This document shows, piece after piece, positions 25,598-36,206 of a stretch of DNA of 43,180 nt. A program made the position numbers and the translations under genes. How positions within the stretch are numbered: position 1 is the stretch's first letter; every line of letters begins with the position of its first letter. A model generated the notes under the pieces. That model was not told the origin of the DNA. It ran no database searches and saw only the letters and a program-made list of their open reading frames with translations. Origin of the DNA: a virus (lineage: Duplodnaviria > Caudoviricetes); IMG/VR virus record IMGVR_UViG_3300044505_000028, positions 1 through 43,180 of that record, one strand, 5' to 3'.

Positions 25598-27609
25598 CGC
25601 TCTCGACCTACCGCGTCGGCGGAAAGATGGAGTGGTCAGCGCAAAGCGGCCAGGCCATTATCGCCCTCCAAAACTTCAACGGCAGCGGTCGCAAGGTCAC
25701 GGTCCAGCGAATCGACGTTGATGTGCTGACATCCTGCCAAGGCGCATCCGGCGCAATCTTGCGCGGCCAGCAATTTGTCCAGGTCCAGCGCGGAACGCTT
25801 GGCGGCGGCGGTGAGCCGGTCGCATTCACCGAGAACGACACCAACAGCTCGGCACTCCCTGCGCAGGTAACGGCATGGACGCTTGCTGGGCTTGATTCGC
25901 CCTCGACCCTTGGCCGCCTGTATATCAACCGCAATTTTACTGCGGTTGGATTCAATGATGCCGCCTCAATGGTTCAGCACGGGAAGCTGGCGACGCTCCT
26001 TGGCAAGCGTGGGATGTACTCATCGAGCCTGGAGGCCTACGTTTTGCGCGAGGGCGAGTGTCTGGCGCTCGTCCCGTCCAACGATCGCAGCACCGTCCCC
26101 ATGGAAGTGAGCGCCGATGTCCGTGTCGGGACGCGGTGCTATACGCTGCGCTGCTACACCTGGGCGCTCTGCGGCGGCCTGTCGATGCTGTCGATCAATA
26201 ACGGCACCGGCTCGGGCGTCGTGGTTGAGGTCTTGAACATCCGGCTGTCTGAACTCGGAAGCACGGACACCCCATATCTGCAAGTCGTCCCGGTTGGATC
26301 GATCGACCCGGCTGCAATCGCGCCGGCCATGCGCCTGACCCCAATCAAAAACGACACGGCAAGCCCGACGCTCGACACGGCCAAGGTCGCCGCGTTTGCG
26401 AACGTCGCCATCCTCCCCAGCGGCGTGCCACAATCATACATCCAAGAATCAAGCGCAGGAACGCCGAAGGGATTCAATTACCTCCACACGAAAGACTTTG
26501 CTGGCCCGGTTTATCGAGTCTGCTTCCCCGAGCTTCGCGTTGGAGCGACTGAGCTATTCCCTGACGGCGGGCCATATTTCCTGCGGCAGATCAACCTGCT
26601 GGGGACCAAGAACAACGCGGGCGTCGTCCTGCGCCCCGGTGAAGGCATCGCCGTGTGTAGCGCAGCAGAAAATGCGACCGGCTCCGTCGTCGGCGTCAGC
26701 GCATGGACGAGCCTAGAAATCTGGCTCACCATCACTGACGAGCCGTTGATTGCGCCGTCCGTCACGCTGACCGGCTTGGCGACCGGGGCCGTCGTTGCCG
26801 TGGTCCAGCAAAACACCGAGACGCTGATCGAAGTGCTGGCCGAATCGGGCGGCAGCGTGACGTACAATTACACGGCAAATCCAGGAACTTTCGTTGACTT
26901 CAACATCCTGGCCGCCGGCAAAACATGGCAGCAGCTCGCGGATTTCGAGCTGGTCGAGGCCATCCAGTCGATTCCCATCACGCAGACGACGGATCTTGTC
27001 TATGATGGAGCGACCAGCGAGGGCGTCACGTTCAGCGGATCGACCAAGCGCATTGTTGCCGACACCGGCAACACCACGATCGATGTGCAGGCGCTCTATT
27101 CTGAGTGGGTCGACTGGGCGCTGCTCGGCAGCAACCTGCGATTCTTCCCGGCATTCCAGACGCAGGGCGGCAGCGACATCGACCCCGGCGCGGGAACCTC
27201 AATTCCGTTTTACGTCTACCTCATCAATTCTTGGCGCGTGCGGCCGCAGGAGGCCAGCCATACGCTCAACGTCACAGGCGGCGTGATCCTGGTCGATGGC
27301 GGCGGCGATCCGTTCGTTGACACGCTCGGCAGCTACGTCGTCCGCGTGAACTACCAGCAGCCGGTGCAGGCCATCGTTGTGAATACGTCGGGAACGGTGG
27401 CGCCAAGCCAGGCGCAGATCCAGACCGCTGTCCGCGCCGAACTGACGACCGAGATGGCACGCCTTGACGTAGCGGTCAGCACCAGGTCGACGCCAGCGCA
27501 GGTCACGGCGGCGGCCGCAGCGGTCAACGTCGAGACGATCAACCTGGCCGAGGTCATCGGAGACGGCACCGCCGGCAACGCATGGCGCGGCGTCGGGGTT
27601 CCTCCGTAA
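25594..27609 (+). CDS. Multi-domain putative virion appendage protein
   Basis: Two copies of the 24893 domain, then beta-rich domains and a RLDVAVSTR segment. Confidence 0.65.
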   Translation: MTLSTYRVGGKMEWSAQSGQAIIALQNFNGSGRKVTVQRIDVDVLTSCQGASGAILRGQQFVQVQRGTLGGGGEPVAFTENDTNSSALPAQVTAWTLAGLDSPSTLGRLYINRNFTAVGFNDAASMVQHGKLATLLGKRGMYSSSLEAYVLREGECLALVPSNDRSTVPMEVSADVRVGTRCYTLRCYTWALCGGLSMLSINNGTGSGVVVEVLNIRLSELGSTDTPYLQVVPVGSIDPAAIAPAMRLTPIKNDTASPTLDTAKVAAFANVAILPSGVPQSYIQESSAGTPKGFNYLHTKDFAGPVYRVCFPELRVGATELFPDGGPYFLRQINLLGTKNNAGVVLRPGEGIAVCSAAENATGSVVGVSAWTSLEIWLTITDEPLIAPSVTLTGLATGAVVAVVQQNTETLIEVLAESGGSVTYNYTANPGTFVDFNILAAGKTWQQLADFELVEAIQSIPITQTTDLVYDGATSEGVTFSGSTKRIVADTGNTTIDVQALYSEWVDWALLGSNLRFFPAFQTQGGSDIDPGAGTSIPFYVYLINSWRVRPQEASHTLNVTGGVILVDGGGDPFVDTLGSYVVRVNYQQPVQAIVVNTSGTVAPSQAQIQTAVRAELTTEMARLDVAVSTRSTPAQVTAAAAAVNVETINLAEVIGDGTAGNAWRGVGVPP

Positions 27610-27728
27610 TGTTTTCTCCGACCAGCTTCCTGGCGGTGTCGTTCCTGCCTGTATCGTGGTCGGGAACCGGGGCCGGCGTCCTGACGCAAGGCGAGTGGTA
27701 CATCCGCCAACGCCGTCGTCGGCGCTGA
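27609..27728 (+). CDS. 39-aa peptide with poly-Arg C-terminus, not in the ORF track
   Basis: TAATG-coupled; MFSPTSFLAVSFLPVSW...WYIRQRRRRR. Confidence 0.45.
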   Translation: MFSPTSFLAVSFLPVSWSGTGAGVLTQGEWYIRQRRRRR

Positions 27729-27788
27729 GGACATCGCTGTACTAGGTGCTTACTTGGGTTCCGAGCGCATCGCAGAACACCAGCAGGC

Positions 27789-29054
27789 ATGAATCTACCA
27801 ACCGACACGGTTGAAGACAACGAACCACAGGTCGAGCAAGACGCGCCCAACAGCGGCGCCGAATCGCACGACCGCGAGACTTCCGGCGACACTGCCGGCA
27901 AGCGGTCCCCAGGCGAAGCCAACAAGGCCCAGCGGAAGGACGACGACCTCATTGCCGAGAGCGACCCTCTGGTACGCGCCCGCAAAGGGGCCTTTGACGA
28001 CAAGAAAAAACCCAAGCCGGTCGAACCTCCAGCCCCAGCCGGGCAGGATGACGACGCAGACCAGGGCCAGGCAAGCGACGAACGCAACGCCGAGGAAGAG
28101 GAACCACCGCAGGACGGCGAACCGCCGACCGCCGGTGATGAACCCGCCGAGGAAGAGCGAGACGAAGCGCCGAAGCCCAAGCCTGCGGAGAAGAAATCGC
28201 CGGCAGATGCCAAGCTGCTCGATGCAGACCTCCCACAAGAGGACTGGTCGAAGCTGACGCACAAGGGCAAGTCTCTATTCCTGGGAGTGCGCAAGATCGC
28301 CAAGGCGGCCACCGCCGAAGCGACCAAAGCGCGCCAGGAAGCCGAGGAAGCCAGGGGAAATTACGAGGCCGTCGATGGTTTCGTGCGTTCCAATGGTCTT
28401 GGTGGAGACGAGTTTCGTAACGGGGTGATAACCCTGGGCCTCGCCAAGCGCGGAGATCCGCGCGTGATTCCGGCCCTGGAAAAGACCCTGGACGATTTGC
28501 GGCGGATCAACGGCGTGCAAGCGCCCAAGCCCGCAGCACCGCCCATTGATGCGGACGAGCTGGAGAAGGAAATTGCCGCCGCTGAGGCGTCTTTCGACTT
28601 CGACAAGCTCAAGGGGATCGCCAAGAAGCTGAAGGATTCGAAGGCCGCCACACCGGCCCCGACCCCGACCCAGCAACCGATCCCGCAGCAGCAGCAATCG
28701 CATGGTGGACCGGCGGCCCAGCAGCCGTCAATGGACGCCGAGCGAGTGGCCATGGGGAATATCGCCGCCTATCTGGTTGGTGAGGGCATCGCCCCTGACC
28801 GAATCGAGGCGCATGTCGTCGGGCTTCTGAAGAAATATCCTGGCCTGCGAACGGCCTCGATTGATCAGCGGTTTGCGGAGTTTCAGAAGGTGTTCAAGGC
28901 GGAGAGGTCCAAGGCCACGCAGCCGAGGACAACGCAGACGCGGCAGCCATTGAGCGGTCGCACTTCGGGTTCCGGCGGTCGTGGTGGTCAGTCCTCCACC
29001 CAACCATCCGCCGACCCGCTCGTCCTCGCACGGCAGGGAAGGCTTCGCCCCTAA
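27789..29054 (+). CDS. Capsid scaffolding protein
   Basis: Acidic disordered N-terminus and helical core, immediately before the capsid gene. Confidence 0.7.
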   Translation: MNLPTDTVEDNEPQVEQDAPNSGAESHDRETSGDTAGKRSPGEANKAQRKDDDLIAESDPLVRARKGAFDDKKKPKPVEPPAPAGQDDDADQGQASDERNAEEEEPPQDGEPPTAGDEPAEEERDEAPKPKPAEKKSPADAKLLDADLPQEDWSKLTHKGKSLFLGVRKIAKAATAEATKARQEAEEARGNYEAVDGFVRSNGLGGDEFRNGVITLGLAKRGDPRVIPALEKTLDDLRRINGVQAPKPAAPPIDADELEKEIAAAEASFDFDKLKGIAKKLKDSKAATPAPTPTQQPIPQQQQSHGGPAAQQPSMDAERVAMGNIAAYLVGEGIAPDRIEAHVVGLLKKYPGLRTASIDQRFAEFQKVFKAERSKATQPRTTQTRQPLSGRTSGSGGRGGQSSTQPSADPLVLARQGRLRP

Positions 29055-29066
29055 GGAATCCCAGCC

Positions 29067-30209
29067 ATGCCAGCCGATCGTACCACCCTCACCACCAGCG
29101 AAGTCGACGCGGTCCTCACCGTGACCTCGCAGTCCCGCAACTATCGCGGGAAGAACAAAGTTACGGCCCTCGGCCGTATCAATACCCCCACCCTCAACAT
29201 GTTCCGTGGTCGCGGCTCTGCCCGCTCGGTCCCGGTTCGCGGCGCCTACAAGGCCCAGCTCAAGGGTCTGCGCGGCGGTCGCCTCCAGACCTGGAGCGGT
29301 CGCGATGTGTTCACCTTCCAGTCGATCGACACCATCTTCGACATCGAGTACGCCATCGGTCGCATCCACCTCGGTGACGAGTGGGTCCACCAGCAGCTCG
29401 AAGAAGCTGGCCTCCAGATCGACTACGAAAAGGCCGTCAAGGGCCAGGTCGACCTCCAGAGCCTGTCGGAAGACACCTGGGAAGTCGTCGTCAACCTCGC
29501 CGAAGAGAAGTTCGACGACGCTGAGACGAACTACGTCCTCGAGCTGAACAAGCTCATGTGGCGTTCGAACACCAGCGACTCGAAGGCGTTCGTCGGCCTG
29601 GACGGCGTTCTCTCGCTGGTCAACACCAGCGGCCCGATCGGCAACCGCAGCCGCACCAACCCGCTCCTGCGTCACCAGGTGTCGACCTCGGTCAACACCA
29701 ACGACATGGAGCTGAAGCTCAACCAGCTCGTCCGCGCTGCCAACAAGCGCTGCCGCGATGGCACCCAGCTCAACTACGCGACCTGCGGTGAGTCGTTCTA
29801 CGACGCCCTGGTCGAGAAGTTGTTCACCGGCAGCAACGCGATCACCGTCGCCAACACCCGCACCGTCCGCAATCTGGACATGGCCAAGAGCCAGGCCCAG
29901 GCCGAAGGTGCGAAGATGGGCATCGGCTTCCCCGACAACGCGATCTACGTCGCTGGCGTCGGCGTGCTGGTCATCGAACCCGTGTTCGAAGACCTGGACA
30001 AGGAAGACGCCCCGGCCACCCCGTGGGCCAAGCGCTGCTACCTGTTCAACCTCGACCATCTCGACTTCAAGCCGACCAAGATGAAGGACGGCGCGAAGAT
30101 CATCCACCCCACCCCGTACAACCAGCGCATCACGCGCATGTCGGTCCATGGTGAATACGCCCTCGTGGCGGATCAACTGGACTGCCACGCGGTGATGGCT
30201 CTGGCCTAA
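29067..30209 (+). CDS. Major capsid protein
   Basis: 380 aa, very strong codon bias, GLDG and CYLFN motifs, position after the scaffold. Confidence 0.8.
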   Translation: MPADRTTLTTSEVDAVLTVTSQSRNYRGKNKVTALGRINTPTLNMFRGRGSARSVPVRGAYKAQLKGLRGGRLQTWSGRDVFTFQSIDTIFDIEYAIGRIHLGDEWVHQQLEEAGLQIDYEKAVKGQVDLQSLSEDTWEVVVNLAEEKFDDAETNYVLELNKLMWRSNTSDSKAFVGLDGVLSLVNTSGPIGNRSRTNPLLRHQVSTSVNTNDMELKLNQLVRAANKRCRDGTQLNYATCGESFYDALVEKLFTGSNAITVANTRTVRNLDMAKSQAQAEGAKMGIGFPDNAIYVAGVGVLVIEPVFEDLDKEDAPATPWAKRCYLFNLDHLDFKPTKMKDGAKIIHPTPYNQRITRMSVHGEYALVADQLDCHAVMALA

Positions 30210-30234
30210 GCCGGACACCGGCAAGGACTGCCCC

Positions 30235-30822
30235 ATGGCGAAGCGCACCACCGAATCACAGACGACCCCTGCCGCACAGGTGGGGGCCGACAAGCCGACC
30301 GGCAAACGACCGATCGCCTTCCGTGTGTTCGCGTGGTGCGCCTCGACTGGTCCTCGCGCGGCCCCCGAGTGCCTGTCGATCCATGAGATCGCCTTGGCCA
30401 AGCGCCGCGCCGAGGCTCAGGGTGAGCGCATCGAACTCCTGCCCGACTTCCACGACGGCAAGGATTGGATCGACCGCGAGCGCCCCGTGACCGCCGAAGC
30501 GAACAACGACGAACGTTTCAATGGCTCGATCAGCCTGATGGAAGAACACCAGCGGCTGACCGACCGATATACCTTCCCCGGCGCCAATGGTCAGACGATC
30601 AACCTGGTCGCTGACGTGTATGGCCCGCCCCACCAGGGCCGCCTGCTTGCCGTGCTGCGCCGCATCCACATCGCCGGGCGGAAGCTCGATGAACGTCTGC
30701 GCAAGGATGGCCGCAAGCTGACCTCTGAAGATCTCTCCGAGCTGGTCGCGCTGGCCGATCCAGAAGCTGACCTGTCCGGTTCCACCCTTGACCTTGAGCC
30801 GGCCACTGCCGGCGCTCAGTGA
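30235..30822 (+). CDS. Hypothetical protein
   Basis: AAGGA RBS and biased codons. Confidence 0.65.
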   Translation: MAKRTTESQTTPAAQVGADKPTGKRPIAFRVFAWCASTGPRAAPECLSIHEIALAKRRAEAQGERIELLPDFHDGKDWIDRERPVTAEANNDERFNGSISLMEEHQRLTDRYTFPGANGQTINLVADVYGPPHQGRLLAVLRRIHIAGRKLDERLRKDGRKLTSEDLSELVALADPEADLSGSTLDLEPATAGAQ

Positions 30823-30829
30823 GGCCGCT

Positions 30830-31090
30830 GTGACCGAATCTGCAGCCCTTGCCGAGCCGGTCGACAACGGCGTCACGCCTGACCCGATGCCGGCCCCCGT
30901 TCTTCGGGCGGCCGCTGTTCCCAGCGATACCGCCGCCACCGTTGGCATGCTGCGCCAACTCGCCACCGCCATGGCGACCGATCACGGTCAGCTTGGCGAG
31001 GCATTCGTGCAGTTTGGCAAGATCATCAACGCCCGCCTCGTCGCCATCGAAACCGCGCTTGAACGCGCCGGCTATCCCGTCCAGCGCTAA
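30830..31090 (+). CDS. Small coiled-coil hypothetical protein
   Basis: GAGG RBS before GTG; RLVAIETAL heptad. Confidence 0.5.
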   Translation: MTESAALAEPVDNGVTPDPMPAPVLRAAAVPSDTAATVGMLRQLATAMATDHGQLGEAFVQFGKIINARLVAIETALERAGYPVQR

Positions 31091-31151
31091 TCCGCCCGTT
31101 CCCACCATGCTACGGGCGACACGCCCCGGCCCTGCTTGAAGGAGCAACGCC

Positions 31152-31877
31152 GTGGAGGTGTATGCTCAGAGATCAGAGATCCGCCGACGTATCCTGGCCC
31201 GCCTAGGATACCAGACGGATGATTCGCAGGGCCCGCTGATCAGCGACCGGATCAATGAGAACATCCGTGCCGGCGCGATGGAGGTTTACCGCCGTCAGGC
31301 CGAGTGGACCAATGCCCAGCGCGAAACCCGCGTGTCGGTTGGCATCGATCAGCGCTTCATCAATTACCCAACTGGAGCCACCGCCGGCAATATCATGGCG
31401 GTCGGCGTCTGGACCGGGACTCAGTACGTCCCGCTTCGCCGCGCGCGGATCACCTTGGCCCACGATGACGAGCCGCTGGTTGACATCGGAGAGCCGGATT
31501 CGGTCGGGGGTCGCGGGCAGCCGACGATCTACGAGTGCAAGGCTCAAATTGAGATTTGGCCGCGTCCGGACGAAACGTACGAACTGAAGATTGACCACAC
31601 GGTCAATCCTGACCTTCAAAACGACAGCGATACGTCGGTCGTCGACGCCGAGGCGATTATCCTGTACGTGCTGGGCGAGGTTGCCGAGTACGAGCAACGC
31701 GGCACCGGCCAGATCTATTTCAACCGCATGGAAGCGCGACTGAACAGCTTGCGCGCCATGGAATCGACCCGCCAGACCTTCTCCCGCAGCGATTTCGTCA
31801 AGCTCCGGAAGAATGGCCATAAGGTGCGCGGCGACTTACCCAATAGCGGCCAATGGCCCTCGGTGATGCCGTCGTGA
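31152..31877 (+). CDS. Head-tail adaptor protein
   Basis: G.PTIY...IEIWPRPDETY motif; follows the capsid genes. Confidence 0.75.
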   Translation: MEVYAQRSEIRRRILARLGYQTDDSQGPLISDRINENIRAGAMEVYRRQAEWTNAQRETRVSVGIDQRFINYPTGATAGNIMAVGVWTGTQYVPLRRARITLAHDDEPLVDIGEPDSVGGRGQPTIYECKAQIEIWPRPDETYELKIDHTVNPDLQNDSDTSVVDAEAIILYVLGEVAEYEQRGTGQIYFNRMEARLNSLRAMESTRQTFSRSDFVKLRKNGHKVRGDLPNSGQWPSVMPS

Positions 31878-34150
31878 AGCGCACGTTCGACATTGATGAC
31901 TTCAGCGGCGGCCTTGACCTGCGGGACGGCTATTTCAGCACGGCACAGAATCGCCTACGCGAGCTGCTAAACTGCCGGATCAACAAGGGCCGCCGGCCAA
32001 CTCGTCGCCCGCCTCAGCGGGTAGTGCAGGGGACGCTTGACCCCGTGTCAAAGGGGCTGGTCTCAATTGACGGCCAGCTTTACTGCATCGCCAGGAAGGG
32101 CGACCGCGCGAGCGGATCAGGCGACGTGGCCAGCACGGTCAAGGTGCTGGAGTTCGACAACCCGAACTACGCGACCGATTGGACGCTGCTGCATGCGGCG
32201 GTCTTCTCCGATTACGCGGTCGCATGGATCCGGCACACCTATCCCAGCACGGCATATCCCTACATCGTGATGCTGCACGTCTGGGACGGCTTGCTTTTCT
32301 CTCCGACCTACGTCACCGACCCATACCTGCCGGGCAGCTTCTCGCCGTCGATCGCTGACCTGACGGATCAACGGTACGACTCGACGTTCTCGCCGGTCCT
32401 TGGCTTGGGCGTCTCGAAGCTCTGGACCAGCACCAATCGCGGCAACACGAACTGCTGCCGAACGGCTGATGCCCGCATCTGGAACCAGCGCTCGAAGGAC
32501 ACGATGCTTGCCGACGGCGAGTCTCTGTGCTGGGTCGTCCCCGAGGGTCAAGGCGTCTGGCGAACCTTCGTCGCCGCGCGCAATGCGGAGTGGATGAACC
32601 TCGACCAGCGTTGGGCTTACTACGTCCTCGAATACAAGGTCGGAAGCTCGTGGGTCGTCATGGACGAGGCTTCTGGGTCGCCGGCCGCGCTTGGCTCTTG
32701 GATATGGTCCGCCTCAACCTCTCGGTTCGCCGGCGGTTGGAACGAGGTTGGCATCATCGTGAACTGGCCGACCGAAGCCGCCGGATTGATCCGCCTGCGA
32801 CTGGTCGGCGGCGGCACGAGCGTGATTGCCTCCGGTGCGCTTCCGACCGTGACGACCAGCGGCGCAGGCGCATCACGGTCAGTCAACACCACCACGGCGA
32901 GCGCTTACACTTGGCGCGGCGGCGATGTCGTCAGCGTGCCGGCAACGTCGGCGTTCGCCACGGTCACCCAGGGAAGCGACTACCTCATATCAATGGGGCC
33001 GGACGGCCTATCGTCATGGAATCTGACATCTCAAGGGTTCCCCAATGGCTGGAACCGTGAGCGGCGCCGAATCATCAGCAAGATCACTTGGCCGGGCGCC
33101 GCGCCTGACCCCACGGTCACGGATTACAAGTACGCCTTCGAGGCGAACGCGGACAGCGATTGGTACTCGTCGCTGGTGCTGGAATACGTCGATCTGGCCG
33201 GCGCACAGGACGCGGTCGGCATCTCGACCAGCAGCCAGGACAACACGGGCGGCTCGATCACTGCGATTGCGTGCAGCAAGAACCGCATGGTGGTGTCATA
33301 CGCTGGGTCCTGCCAGCTATGGGCGATCGATCAGGCGACCAACGCCACCACATTCCTAGAGTCGCTGAACTTCGGAACCGGCGAGCAGGAATATCCCAGC
33401 CCGATTTCGTTCTATGGGTCGATCCTGACCCCAACCGAGCGAGGCTTTCGCGCGATCAGCGTGGCGGGCGCCAATCTCGACAGCCTGCAAGATAGCAACG
33501 TGGGCGAGCCGATTGACCGCCTGCCGGTTATGCAGGTCTTGGCCGGCGCGTTCTGGCCGGTCTATGGGTCCGCCATCTTTGCTGGCTACGTCGACGGCGA
33601 CCTGACGTTCCTGCATCTCGATTACTCCCGCGAGTCGAAGGTTACGGCATGGTCCATGTGGACCGTGGCGGGCATCTCATCGATCGACGCCGAGAGCATC
33701 GTGGCCAGCGGCAACAAGCTGTGGTTCCGCACCGGAACGACCCTGTGTTATTTCGACGCCACCGCCACGGATTTCATCGACGACAACGACCCGGCGCAGA
33801 CGCCCTACGAGTCGGCGTTCACGACGCATTTCAACGACTTCGGAACGCCTGGCCGCGAGGCCAAGATGCCGACATTCGACTTGGCGCAGGACGGCTACTG
33901 CGACACCACTTGGCAGGTTTCCCCCTACGGCAGCAGCGACACGGAAGCGGTCGGCCCGAGCGTCTCAGGCCCGCGCGTTGAGGGGCACAGCTTCGGCAAG
34001 GCTCGCCGCCCGCTCGGCCTTCGTGGTTCCGGCGTGGCCGTCCGCATCAGCACCCGCGACAAGCGATCATTTGCCGGCACGCCTCTCGGTTCTCGCGTCG
34101 GCTGGACGTTCCATCGGCTTTCCATCGACCTCATCCCTGTAAACAGGTGA
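31874..34150 (+). CDS. Tail nozzle / tubular protein B-like
   Basis: DFSGGLD N-terminus, beta-rich body, VTAWS motif; follows the adaptor. Confidence 0.7.
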   Translation: MKRTFDIDDFSGGLDLRDGYFSTAQNRLRELLNCRINKGRRPTRRPPQRVVQGTLDPVSKGLVSIDGQLYCIARKGDRASGSGDVASTVKVLEFDNPNYATDWTLLHAAVFSDYAVAWIRHTYPSTAYPYIVMLHVWDGLLFSPTYVTDPYLPGSFSPSIADLTDQRYDSTFSPVLGLGVSKLWTSTNRGNTNCCRTADARIWNQRSKDTMLADGESLCWVVPEGQGVWRTFVAARNAEWMNLDQRWAYYVLEYKVGSSWVVMDEASGSPAALGSWIWSASTSRFAGGWNEVGIIVNWPTEAAGLIRLRLVGGGTSVIASGALPTVTTSGAGASRSVNTTTASAYTWRGGDVVSVPATSAFATVTQGSDYLISMGPDGLSSWNLTSQGFPNGWNRERRRIISKITWPGAAPDPTVTDYKYAFEANADSDWYSSLVLEYVDLAGAQDAVGISTSSQDNTGGSITAIACSKNRMVVSYAGSCQLWAIDQATNATTFLESLNFGTGEQEYPSPISFYGSILTPTERGFRAISVAGANLDSLQDSNVGEPIDRLPVMQVLAGAFWPVYGSAIFAGYVDGDLTFLHLDYSRESKVTAWSMWTVAGISSIDAESIVASGNKLWFRTGTTLCYFDATATDFIDDNDPAQTPYESAFTTHFNDFGTPGREAKMPTFDLAQDGYCDTTWQVSPYGSSDTEAVGPSVSGPRVEGHSFGKARRPLGLRGSGVAVRISTRDKRSFAGTPLGSRVGWTFHRLSIDLIPVNR

Positions 34151-34154
34151 TCCC

Positions 34155-35777
34155 ATGCCATCGACCACGGCACTCGAAATCAGCAACAACTACGCAGCCA
34201 ACGCGCCAAGCGCGACCGACAAGATCAGCGCGAGCGTGCTGGATAACGACCACTCAACCCTGGAGTCATGGGCATCGAACCTGCTGACTGCGCTGAACCG
34301 GGTAATCCGTGCCGACGATACGCTGGTCGATGGTATCGTTCGGACGCGAAACCTGCATCCCGAGATCACCGCGCTGCTCACAGATGGCGGCATGGTCCCC
34401 CTGGAGTCGGCCAAGACGGTTGCGACGACCAATGTGGCGTCACTCAGCGGACTGCAAACCATCAGCTCCTACACGCTGGTCGCTGGCGATCGCATCCTGC
34501 TGACCGCACAGACCAATAACCTGCAAAACGGCCTCTGGGTGGCCGCCGCCGGAAGCTGGACGCGCCCGACCGATTCGGCCAACGGCGCTTCGCTTACCGC
34601 CTACTCGATCGTCAATATCGTCGCTGGATCGCAATTCGGCACCTCTTGGATGCTCAAGGCTGCCGTTACGTCGGTCGATAGCACGGGGCAGACCTGGGTT
34701 CTGTTCGGTGCAACGATCGTCTCGTCAGCGCTCGGCGATCCAGGAGCTAACGGCATCGTGGTTCGCACGGCATCAACGGTCACGACCAATCGATCAATCG
34801 CCGGAAGCTCGTCAATCGGCGTCACGAATGGCGACGGCGTCTCAGGAAATCCGACCATTTCCGTGGCTACTGCCGGCGTCACCTACGCGATGCTCCAGAA
34901 TACGTCCTCTGCATCCGTGCTGCTGGGCCGTGGCTCGTCCATCGCTGGCGTTCCGCAGGAAATCACGCTCGGATCAGGTCTTGCCATTACCGGCACCGTC
35001 ATGACCGCCGCTTCCGCTCAGTTCTGGTCGAAGATTGCCAGCGCGACGGTCGTCAGCATCACCGCAGCCGGATCGGCAACGCTCAATCGTCTGCACGAAG
35101 TCAGCGGCACCTCAGCGAACTACGACATCACGATCAGCGGCTTGTCGCCTGCGGTTGGCGACGTGGTTGGGTTCTATGTGAAGGACTACGCTGCCGCGAA
35201 CAAGGCTTATCGCCTCGACGCCGGCACGTCGGGCAGCCCGAAAATCGCTGGCCGCACCCGATACTTGACCATCCTGCACACCAACGTCGTCCTGCTGCAA
35301 TGGGACGGAACCGATTGGCAGCCGTTGGAGCTGAGTCTAAATACACCATGGGTGGACGGCGGGACAAATACGATCACGGGCAGCGTGACCAATCCAACCA
35401 AGGGGACGATCGCCCGTGACAAAGTTTTATGGAGACGAATTGGCGACTCGCTGCAAGCCAACATTGAGTACCTTCACACGACCGCCGGAACTAACGGATC
35501 TGGATACTACATATTCGCTCTGCCACTAGGGGCCATTGATACAAGCAAGATTCACACGGGCGGCGGCGGTGTAACCCCGTGCCTTGGGGCTGCGTCTGGC
35601 TACAATGGGACGCTGATTTTCTCTGGATATGTGACCTATAACTCGTCCACGTCCGTGCAGCTAATTGAAGGGTGCGATACCGTATCCACTGGATCGGTTG
35701 GCTCCGGCCGCATCGGTTTTGGCAATACATCTGCTCAGGTTGGAGCAAATTACACTGTACCCATGACCGACTGGTGA
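34155..35777 (+). CDS. Tail fibre protein
   Basis: LSGLQTI...GDRILLTAQT...NGLW..AAGSWTRPTD module, GDGVSGNPTI segment, lower-GC C-terminal tip. Confidence 0.8.
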   Translation: MPSTTALEISNNYAANAPSATDKISASVLDNDHSTLESWASNLLTALNRVIRADDTLVDGIVRTRNLHPEITALLTDGGMVPLESAKTVATTNVASLSGLQTISSYTLVAGDRILLTAQTNNLQNGLWVAAAGSWTRPTDSANGASLTAYSIVNIVAGSQFGTSWMLKAAVTSVDSTGQTWVLFGATIVSSALGDPGANGIVVRTASTVTTNRSIAGSSSIGVTNGDGVSGNPTISVATAGVTYAMLQNTSSASVLLGRGSSIAGVPQEITLGSGLAITGTVMTAASAQFWSKIASATVVSITAAGSATLNRLHEVSGTSANYDITISGLSPAVGDVVGFYVKDYAAANKAYRLDAGTSGSPKIAGRTRYLTILHTNVVLLQWDGTDWQPLELSLNTPWVDGGTNTITGSVTNPTKGTIARDKVLWRRIGDSLQANIEYLHTTAGTNGSGYYIFALPLGAIDTSKIHTGGGGVTPCLGAASGYNGTLIFSGYVTYNSSTSVQLIEGCDTVSTGSVGSGRIGFGNTSAQVGANYTVPMTDW

Positions 35778-35780
35778 TCC

Positions 35781-36206
35781 ATGAAAACCTACGACATCGA
35801 CGGAGACGGCTATCTGGTGGGCGCGGCGAACCCCGATCGCGGCACGCCCGGCCCAGTCTCGGTTGCCCCCGAAGGCATCCCGCCCAGCCGTGCCCGCTGG
35901 AACGGCACCGCATGGATTGAGGACGCCAGCCGTGAACAGGCGGCCGCCGTCGCCGCCCTCATGGCATCAGTGGCCGCCGAGATTCAACGCCGACTGAACG
36001 CCCTGGCGGTGGCATGGGGCTATGACTCGATGCTGTCCCTCGTCACCTACCGCGAGAGCAGTATTCCGCAGTTTTCGGCTGAAGCTGAAGCAGGTGCCGC
36101 GTGGCGCGACGCCGCGTGGGCCTATGCCGAAGCCGCAAAAACAACCAACCCAACGCCAGAGCAATTCTGGGCCGGATTTCCGGCGACTCCAACGAGGCCC
36201 GCATGA
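35781..36206 (+). CDS. Tail fibre assembly/chaperone-like protein
   Basis: WNGTAWIED...GYDSMLS..TY..S....F.AEA....AWRDA.W; follows the fibre gene. Confidence 0.65.
   Translation: MKTYDIDGDGYLVGAANPDRGTPGPVSVAPEGIPPSRARWNGTAWIEDASREQAAAVAALMASVAAEIQRRLNALAVAWGYDSMLSLVTYRESSIPQFSAEAEAGAAWRDAAWAYAEAAKTTNPTPEQFWAGFPATPTRPA

Noticed and set aside
28728-30401. 557-aa antisense ORF over the capsid gene, and similar long shadow ORFs (20646..21734, 40786..41853, 11847..12788)
   Set aside because: Expected by-product of high GC and strong codon bias on the real coding strand; no recognisable motifs.
34155-35777. Diversity-generating retroelement acting on the tail fibre tip
   Set aside because: No reverse transcriptase and no TR/VR repeat pair seen; the low-GC tip fits ordinary module exchange.
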